Shown piece by piece: positions 53,362-64,000 of a stretch of 64,000 nt of DNA. The notes beneath the pieces were generated by a model, which was not told the DNA's origin, searched no databases, and saw nothing but the letters and a program-made list of their open reading frames with translations. A program made the position numbers and the translations under genes. The stretch is from Octopus sinensis. Lineage: Eukaryota. Location: contig NC_043021.1 in NCBI RefSeq assembly GCF_006345805.1, forward strand, positions 27,962,001 to 28,026,000. Direction: 5' to 3'. How positions within the stretch are numbered: position 1 is the first letter of the stretch; each line of letters begins with the position of its first letter.

Positions 53362-53522
53362 CCCTTTTAAAACACAAATATGCTCTATATTGCGGCGTCA
53401 AAAATACCAAACTTCAAAGGGAGTATTCAGATTGCAGCAATACTTGGAACATATCTCTAACTTGCGGAATGGAGCTGAGAGATGATATAGACATAGATAA
53501 ATCAAAAGATAAGTGAATAATG

Positions 53523-53554
<32 letters not shown>

Positions 53555-53757
53555 TATAATAATAATAATAATAATAATAAATAATAATAATAATAATAAT
53601 AATCCCTTTTAAAACACAAATATGCTCTATATTGCGGCGTCAAAAATACCAAACTTCAAAGGGAGTATTCAGATTGCAGCAATACTTGGAACATATCTCT
53701 AACTTGCGGAATGGAGCTGAGAGATGATATAGACATAGATAAATCAAAAGATAAGTG
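53361..53757 (+). mobile_element. Two tandem copies of a 155-bp R4/Dong-type LINE extreme 3' end, each followed by (TAA)n
   Basis: 53361-53515 = 53603-53757; encodes SIQIAAILGT, cf. IQKIALLGTAHIL at ~56320-56350. Confidence 0.7.
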
Positions 53758-53764
53758 AATAATG

Positions 53765-55989
<2,225 letters not shown>

Positions 55990-56046
55990 GTAATAATAAT
56001 AGTAATAATAATAGTAATAATAATAGTAATAGTAATAATAATAATA

Positions 56047-56086
<40 letters not shown>

Positions 56087-56478
56087 TAAAAAAAAATGCT
56101 TTTTAATTGATGTATCAATACCGGCAGATGAAAACGTGTCTCTAAAAGAAATGGAGAAACTCTCAAAATACAAAGACCTGGAAATAGAGGTAACTAGAAT
56201 GTGGAACCTGAAAACAGAAACAATTCCTATCATAGTAGGTGCATTAGGCATGATAAAAAAATATTCAGACAAATACATAACAAAAACACCAGGACTTACA
56301 AACACATATAACATACAGAAAATTGCACTACTAGGCACTGCCCACATCCTACGCAGAACACTTTCCATACAATAACCATCAGAGCATCACAACAAATCAC
56401 AGCACATATCCAAGGCACACAGAGCTGCGCTCGGTAGTGAAGTGAAAGCACGCTATAAAAATAAAAATAAAACTACTG
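56087..56478 (+). mobile_element. R4/Dong LINE short 3' end copy
   Basis: IDVSIPADENVSLKEMEKLSKYKDLEIEVTRMW...IVGALGMI...IQKIALLGTAHILRRTL; same 3' UTR as 55775-55873; flanked by (TAA)n. Confidence 0.92.
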
Positions 56479-56504
56479 AATAATAATAATAATAATAATA
56501 ATAA

Positions 56505-56943
56505 TGCAGTACCGATGCCCTGATGCAGTACCGATGCCCTGATGCAGTACCAGGCAGCGGCTCTTATGGCCCCTGATCTTAACTGACTGGAAGTGATATC
56601 ATGTACATTGTTTTGTCTTGGTATAAAAGATGGGCTACAGAGAATATTCTGCTCAATACCACAGATTTGCTTGTCAGTTGTTTGACCTTAACCAGTTGAC
56701 CATGTCCCTTGGTGGCTGACGATATGTGCATCTCTGATCACGAGCGGAAGTAGTGGGGGAGCATCATAGCCATGTGTTGAGAGGGATTCTTTGGGGTTTG
56801 AATAATTCACCCTGGAAAAATGGGTGTTTCGTTCAACATCCTTAAACAATCCTTAATCAGGGACCTTTTGAGTGGGATGGGTTACCCGACCAGAAGAAAA
56901 TTCTAACTGTGCCCCACCTGCAAGGTCATGCGCTGTTTATCGT

Positions 56944-56944
<1 letters not shown>
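56505..56944 (+). mobile_element. SINE 3' portion inserted in (TAA)n
   Basis: ccatgtcccttggtggctgacgatatgtgcatctctgatcacgagcggaagtagtgggggagc (recalled octopus SINE). It begins with a 19-bp tandem tgcagtaccgatgccctga. Confidence 0.6.
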
Positions 56945-57000
<56 letters not shown>

Positions 57001-57004
<4 letters not shown>

Positions 57005-57962
57005 GAACAAACATACAAATATTTAGGGATAAATGAAGGCTCTGGTATTCAGCATGCAAGCATGAAAGAGAAAATCAGGAAGGAATGTTATAGGAGAGTT
57101 CGTGCAGTCCTGAAATCTGAACTAAATGCACGTAACAAGGTGTTAGCTATAAATTCCCTAGCAGTTCCAGTTGTTACTTATAGCTACAATGTGTTGAACT
57201 GGAATATGAGTGAAGTAAAGAATATAGATAGAAAAATACGCAAGCTGCTGAGTTGTAATAGGATGCACCACCCAAAGGCAGGCGTAGATCGCCTTTACCT
57301 TCCCAGAGCCCAAGGAGGTCGAGGCCTGATCCAATTTGAACTAGCTTACAAAACAACCACAATTGGACTGGCCAAATATCTCGAAATATCGAATGACTGG
57401 ATGCTAAAGCTCGTGGAAAATCACGAGAGACGAAAGAAGCTTCATTCTATCATCAAGGAAAGCAAAAAATTTGCTATTGATCTCGTGCAGGATACCCAAA
57501 CTGAACAACCCGAGGAAGTACGGCAACTATTGTTGCAAAGAAGGTGAAAATGATGGCAATGAAAAAAGCGCACGAGCAATTGGCTGATAGGTGGGAGGAG
57601 AAACCTCTGCACGGCAAATATGTGACCCGCAGCAAACAAGCTGCTGTTGACCAGAAGCAAACCCATCAGTGGCTGCGGAGCTCAGGGCTAAAAGCAGAGA
57701 GCGAAGGTTTCATCCTGGCTGCTCAAGACCAAAGCCTATCAACCCGGAACTACCAGGCCAATGTGATGAAAAATGGAGCAGACCCAAAATGCCGATTCTG
57801 CAATGACATGATTGAAACAGTGGACCACCTAATCTCTGGATGTAAAGTCTTAGCACCAGTGGAGTATAAATTAAGACATGAGAGAGTTGGCCAATATCTC
57901 CACTGGCTAATAAGTCGGCATTACAATATCAAAACTGCCGACAAGTGGTATAATCACCACCC
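57001..57962 (+). mobile_element. R4/Dong LINE internal fragment (subfamily B)
   Basis: MKEKIRKECYRRVRAVLKSELNARNK..GGRGLIQFE; ESEGFILAAQDQ..CRFC..ETVDHLISGC (CCHC zinc finger). Confidence 0.92.
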
Positions 57963-59230
57963 ATCAATAAGATGATCTTAGAAGATTGTCATAAACAACA
58001 CAAAAACTTGTCAATAGCCTGGATAGACTATGAAAAGGCTTTTGATAGCCTACCACATAGCTGGATTAAGAAATGCCTGGAAAAGTATAAAATAGCGCCT
58101 ACTCTGCGAAACCTATTGTTTGTAAGTATGAGATCATGGAGAACCACACTAACTTTGAACAGTGACGTTGAATCTGTAAATGCTGGTGATTTAAAAATTT
58201 CATGTGGCATTTTCCAGGGGTCACTATCACACTCCTTTTTTGTTTAGCCTTAATACCTCTCTCAAAATTGCTCAATGACGCACAGTACGGATATAAAATG
58301 TTGGATAAAAATATAAATCATCTCATTTACATGGATGATTTAAAGCTCTTTGCAAAAAATGACTAACAACTCAAGGGCTTACTAACGAGTGTTAAATAAT
58401 TCAGCGATGACATCAGAATGCAATTTGGCCTCGATAAATGTGCAAAAGCTACCTTCATCAAAGGAAAAATGACATAAATATCTAACGTTAACCTTGACCA
58501 GCAGCATGTCATAAAAGAGTTAGACCCAGCGGAGAGCTACAAGTACCTAGGGATAATTGAAGGGGACGGAGTAAGGCATTCAATGATGAAGGAAAAGATC
58601 AGGAGAGAATGTTATCTCAGAGTAAGAGCAATACTCAAGACAGAGCTGAATGCGAGAAGCAGGATCGAAGCGATGAATGCTTTAGCCATACCAGTCGTGA
58701 CTTACAGTTTCAATATCGTTAACTGGTCAATTACTGAAATATGTAATCTTGATAGAAATATACGAAAACTGTTGACAATGCATAGAATGCACCACCCTAA
58801 GGCAGATATAGAACGACTCTATCTGCCAAGAAAAGAGGGAGGCAATAACAATGAAGATTGCTACAATTGGCCTAGACACCTACCTGAAAAATTCTGTTAA
58901 AACTTGTTTCAAAACATCAAAACAAGAAAGCATCATACTCAGTAACAAAAACAGGTAAAGGAATATCTAAGTGAATTCCGAATGCAACAAATTTCGGAAT
59001 TAGACATACAAGAAACAATCACAGAAAAAGCTAAGCGCATGAAAACCCGTGCTAAAACGGCGGCCTTAGATATTCAGAATGATAAATGGAAAGAAAAACC
59101 TCTCAATGGCAAATACCCAAAAGAGAGCGAATAATGCAGATGTTGACAAAGCCCTGAACCATCAATGGCTAATGGCCTGTGGCTTAAAATCTAAAACAGA
59201 AGGGTTTATCATAGCAGAAGGGTTTATCAT
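57963..59230 (+). mobile_element. R4/Dong LINE RT fragment (subfamily C)
   Basis: INKMILEDC..AWIDYEKAFDSLPHSW; GIFQG; HLIYMDDLKLF; QFGLDKCAK; YKYLGI; ends at KTEGFII in a (TAA)n tract. Confidence 0.92.
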
Positions 59231-59231
59231 A

Positions 59232-59316
<85 letters not shown>

Positions 59317-59318
59317 TG

Positions 59319-59412
<94 letters not shown>

Positions 59413-59440
59413 CAATAATAATAATAATAATAATTATAAC

Positions 59441-60156
59441 AACAGTGGACCACCTAATCTCTGGATGTAAAGTCTTAGTACTAGTGGAGTATAAATTAAG
59501 ACATGACAGAGTTGGCCAATATCTACACTGGCTAATAAGTCGGCATTACAATATCAAAACTGCCGACAAGTGGTATAATCACCACCCTGAGGCTGTAACT
59601 GAAGAAGAAAATGTAACGATTCTGTGAGACTTTCCAGTACATACAGACCGAACCATCAAGGCCAATAAACCAGATATTGTTGTGAAAGACCAAAACAATA
59701 AAGTTTGCTTATTGATCAACATGAGCATCCCCTGTGATCATAATATCTCAGCGAAAGAGTTTGACAAGCTCAGAAAATATAAAGACCTACTCATTGAAAT
59801 TGAGAAAATGTGGCATCTCAAGGCGGTTACAATACCAGTGATCGTAGGAGTACTAGGAATGATCAAGAAGGGAACCGAAAATTATATGAGAATGATCCCT
59901 GGCTTACCATCCCTGCAAGAAGTGCAAAAGATTGTCTTAACTGGTACATCACACGTATTGAGAAGAGCATTGTCGATGTGAGAACTGTTGCTGCTCATGT
60001 ATTTTAATTTAACTTTAAAAAAAAAAATTTTTTAAATGAACGAACTACTGAGTTTGGTTTAATGGCCTACCAATATACACTATGAGTTTCTTTGCCCTAG
60101 GAGTCGGGAAGACACTCGGCAAGAAATGGAAGAAAATTTGAAAGAAGAAAAAAAAA

Positions 60157-60157
<1 letters not shown>
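59441..60157 (+). mobile_element. R4/Dong LINE 3' end (subfamily B) followed by (TAA)n
   Basis: TVDHLISGC..RHDRVGQYLHW; NKPDIVV; KYKDLLIEIEKMW; EVQKIVLTGTSHVLRRAL. The first 147 bp repeat 57816-57962. Confidence 0.92.
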
Positions 60158-60193
<36 letters not shown>

Positions 60194-60509
60194 TACTGTG
60201 GGAAATGATGAGAGTAACTGTTATCGCAGTAATTTTCGGGGTCGTCGGAGCAGTAACAACCAAGTTGGAAAAATAGATCGAAGAAATTGGAATTAAGATG
60301 AGAAGAGAGTAATCCCAAGTAACTGCCGTATTGCAGAGAGCTAGGATTTTGAGATTGGTGTTTGGGTATTGATTGTCTTCCATGATAAATTAGCACCCAA
60401 GTACCAAAGCTTATAACCTCTGGAAAAAGATCGTGGGAGAAATCTAACAACAGGTTGATGTCTGCTCTCACAGAATCAACTAGAGAAAGACCGAGAGCTC
60501 TGAGAAGTA

Positions 60510-60730
60510 AAATAATAATCTTTTCTACTTTTCTACACCCGGAAATTTCAGGTGATGAGAAATAGTTATTCGATTCACCCCAGTGTTCGACTGCTACTTA
60601 TTTTATCGACCCCTAAAGGATAAAAAGGTTAAGTCAACTTCGGCGGAATTTGAAACTAGAAAGTAAAAAGGGACGAAATACCAGTAGGTATTTTGCCCGG
60701 CTTACTAATTGATTCTGCCAGCTCGCCAAT
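60510..60730 (+). mobile_element. SINE 3' half (decayed)
   Basis: Homologous to 10525-10730. Confidence 0.7.
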
Positions 60731-61451
60731 AATAATAATAACAAAGTGTGAAGAAGCTGTGTGTCTAAATAGTAGACAGTAGATTCGGGTAGAAAAATAA
60801 GTCAAATGATTTATATGTGTGTGTGCAGGTAAATGTGTGTAGGCATGTGCTGTGTGTTATTTTCATTCACTCTCGTTGATTAAATTTTGAGAAAATCGGA
60901 TATAAAACATCTATAATGTATTTCGTTAAATAGTTGAAATTGCAAATCTGTTGGAAATGAAACTATGTGGATATTTTCCATATTATCTAAATAACTGGTA
61001 ATGAAGTTTAGAGACAATTGCGCCATAGGATACATTTAAAAAATATATCAACAATTTAATAGCAATTTAATTAACCGAAAATGCCACCGAGCCGGCAGAA
61101 TGTCTCGTTTCAGACATTTTCGAAGAAAAACAAGAAATATAAAACAGTGTCAAACAGTGTTACTGACTTTTACATTATTTCAACAAACTTAATCGTGTGT
61201 CAGCGATTAAAATATCTAAATGGTAAGAGCTAAAATCTGTTAAAAAATTAATGCTTCTGTGTGTAATAAATAAACATGTTTGGAAGTTTTTGTAAAACGA
61301 ATTTCAACATATTAAATTACCCAAACGTGAAAGAGCTATTTACTACTCTTTCTTGTCGATGCTGGTATAATTTTTTAGCTCCCAGGGCATCTCTAATCAA
61401 ATATATGTATACATGCATGCATACATACATATACACATGCACATACATACA

Positions 61452-61486
<35 letters not shown>

Positions 61487-61565
61487 GTACGTACGTATAT
61501 ATATACAATTGTTCGTTTGTTTTCCACCTGCCTTCGTCTTTTGTTTATTTTCATAAAGCTTCCCG

Positions 61566-61627
<62 letters not shown>

Positions 61628-61639
61628 ATATATGTATAT

Positions 61640-62443
61640 ATTGTTGTATTTCGGAATGGTCATTTTGCCAGTTTAGCCAATAAAAACACACACACTATAT
61701 ATTTGGTGTTATTTTGCTTCAGTGTTATTTATTTTTTACATTAATCTTAATCTTATTTCGGCCAGAGTTCTTTCGTCACACTCCTGTGACCTCATCAGTG
61801 GTCCTTTGTTTTCTTCTTTTTTATTTGTGTCTCTCCTTACTAACCGTCAGCCATTTTGTATTTCTATTGTATGTCTTCATTTGCGCATGCTTATATCTCT
61901 ATGTGCGTCTATGTTTATTTAGTGTGTGTGTGGGGGGGATGCCTGTAATATTTGTATCTTCTGGTTATATACATTCTTGTAATTTGTATTTTGTTTTTGT
62001 TGTTGTTGCTTTTGTTCTAATTTTGTTCATGTGTTTACATCCACCCATTATTATCATTACATATGCTTGTATGTATGTATAACAAAAATACTAGTAATAA
62101 TAATAATAATAACAAGTAAAAAAATATTTTTAATTAAACAAAAAAAAATTATATAGTTATTTATTTCTATTTGTTTATTTATCTGTGTATTTTATTTATT
62201 ATGTTTTCGGCTTTGTTTATATTGTGACTAGTTTATTGGGATCCTCTACCGTCATATGTTGTGGTGTGTGCTAGTGTTCCATTCCAGATTCCTATTCAGG
62301 CTAGGTTTATCTTCTATTATATGTGTAGCTTCTGTAATTTGTCTGATTGTTGCATCTGTTCTATGTGTGGACAATATTTTAATTTCTATGTTGTTGATTG
62401 ATCCCCCGTGTTCCTGTTCGGCGTGTTGGTACAGAATCGACGA
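61640..62443 (-). mobile_element. PLE 3' fragment (GIY-YIG C-terminus, 3' UTR, hammerhead) ending at (TA)n
   Basis: SILYQHAEQEHGGSINNIEIKILSTHRTDATIRQITEATHIIEDKPSLNRNLEW, same type as the 20950-21150 C-terminus. The terminus tatattg..atttcggaatggtcattttgccagttta also occurs at ~31410. Confidence 0.85.
61760..61804 (-). ncRNA. Minimal type I hammerhead, canonical core plus extra base
   Basis: ggacca CTGATGA g gtcaca-ggag-tgtgac GAAA gaac TC tggcc. Confidence 0.8.
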
Positions 62444-62570
62444 GCTTTTACCTTCATCGATTCTGTACCAACACGCCGAACAGGAACACGGGGGATCAAT
62501 CAACAACATAGAAGTTAAAATCTTGTCCACACATAGAACAGATGCAACAATCAGACAAATTACAGAAGCT
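62327..62570. repeat. Fold-back of PLE coding sequence, 117-bp arms, 10-nt spacer
   Basis: 62327-62443 vs 62454-62570, very few mismatches. Confidence 0.95.
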
Positions 62571-62630
62571 GGACTGAACCCGGAACTATGTAGCTGGTAA
62601 TCAAGCTGCTTACCACAGCCACTCCTCCAC
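62571..62630 (-). mobile_element. SINE tRNA-like head fused to the fold-back arm
   Basis: ggactgaacccggaactatgtagctggtaatcaagctgcttaccacagcc, cf. 42337-42385. Confidence 0.75.
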
Positions 62631-63099
62631 ATATTTATCAATAAACATAGGTATATGTGTGTATAGACATGCATATCTCTGCGTGCGTATATGTGTGTGT
62701 ATAAATGATCGAAGCATTCTAATCGTCACCCATCCGATGACACACTTCCGCTATTTCATCCAGTACAACTTCGAGCAAACGTTCCCATATTTGTTTATCT
62801 GCTTATCATTGTTATTGTTGTTGTTGGTTACCTTTGAACTATTGTAAAACGCATTCCAGTCAGAATCAATTTATAATTATTATAAAGAAGTCGATGAATT
62901 TAACCGATAGCTTTGCATCGAAATCTCAGCTCTCAATAAATATCTTTCAAATCAACCCGCTTCTATCCAATACACAAATACGCCAAACAGAAAGAAAAAA
63001 GGCCCTGGTCGTTTTAAACTCACAAAGGCACCAGTTCTGGTAATTCCCTTTCCCTTATTCTCAAGCAATGCAGCTTAGAGCTAGTCCCTATCTTACCTT

Positions 63100-63300
63100 A
63101 TCTTCTTTTAATTGATTCAGGTTTTGGACTGCGGCCGTACCGGGTAATGTCTTAAACGGTTTTATGCGAAAATATCGACCCCAGGAATGATTCTACTGTC
63201 TAAGTCTGGTACTTATCCTATCGGTTTCTTTCGCCGAGCTTCTAATTCGCGAAAACGTAAACAAACCTCACCGGTTAGCAAGCAGTGAAGGAAGAAACAC
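63100..63300 (-). mobile_element. SINE 3' half (decayed)
   Basis: caggttttggactgcggccgtacc...atcgaccccagg...cctatcggtttctttcgccgagc. Confidence 0.6.
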
Positions 63301-63337
63301 AGACGCAACGACATACGCGTACACACACACACACACA

Positions 63338-63371
<34 letters not shown>

Positions 63372-64000
63372 TATATATATATACATGATGGACTTCCACA
63401 CAATTTCCGTTAACTGAAGTTATTGGTCAACCCGGGGATACAGAGGAGGAGACGAGGTTAAAACTTAGGTACATAAGTTATTTTGGATTAAACATAACTA
63501 ATCCGGTAATCTTTTGATACCAAATCGTATCTGCAGAAGGCCTGAAATTTCAGGGGCCAGGTTTAGTAGTTACATTGATTCCAGTACGGACCCGATTTTG
63601 CCTGCTCGCCACCTTTCGACAATGATATAAATAAGCAACTTTATCAATTCCTATAATTCAATACAATACCTTTCTTACTGCATATTATTTAATTTCTTTC
63701 TGAATAAAGATTTTGAAATCGGTAGTGAATTGTTTTTCGGAATAAGTGATTTTGCTATCAATATTATTAAGACACGATGTTTTTGATAGTTTACGATAAA
63801 TCTTTTGGGTCTGAATGGATCAGCAAATGTTTGATATAACCAGGGCATCCGTCAACAACACGGATGATTGTGAATTGATACGGTTGTACATCGCGAACGT
63901 CTTTTAGAAGCGCTTCTTTTGTGCAGGATTTGGTATTTACCGTGATTAAAGTGTTTTGTGAAGTATGAATTTATACTATTAGGAAGGAAATTCTTAACAT

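Overview
This is AT-rich, repeat-saturated eukaryotic DNA, most likely intergenic or intronic octopus (cephalopod) sequence; the taxon is inferred from recalled SINE families and repeat content. No host protein-coding gene is recognisable apart from one weak 50-nt candidate exon. Most ORFs in the supplied track are artefacts of (TA)n, (TATG)n, (GATA)n, (CA)n, (TAA)n and (GAT)n microsatellites. The real content is mobile DNA: five Penelope-like elements (PLEs), a ~7-kb pile-up of R4/Dong-type LINE pieces in (TAA)n tracts, a CR1-type LINE 3' end, RTE fragments, fossil mariner/Tc1, Tigger, hAT and Helitron elements, and many tRNA-derived SINEs. One PLE is near-complete and sits in a 5.8-kb structure with 1.7-kb inverted arms. 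The most striking signal is RNA structure. Nine type I hammerhead-ribozyme folds can be drawn by hand (741, 9207, 13755, 19877, 25486, 30400, 30716, 49975, 61760), most shortly upstream of a PLE-type 3' end that abuts a microsatellite. They include core variants: a compensatory G3:C8 swap plus an extra base, a U4C variant and a G5A copy. There is also a candidate HDV-like ribozyme (6557-6648) and recurrent fold-back inversions. All folds and alignments were done by eye; none was computed or tested.
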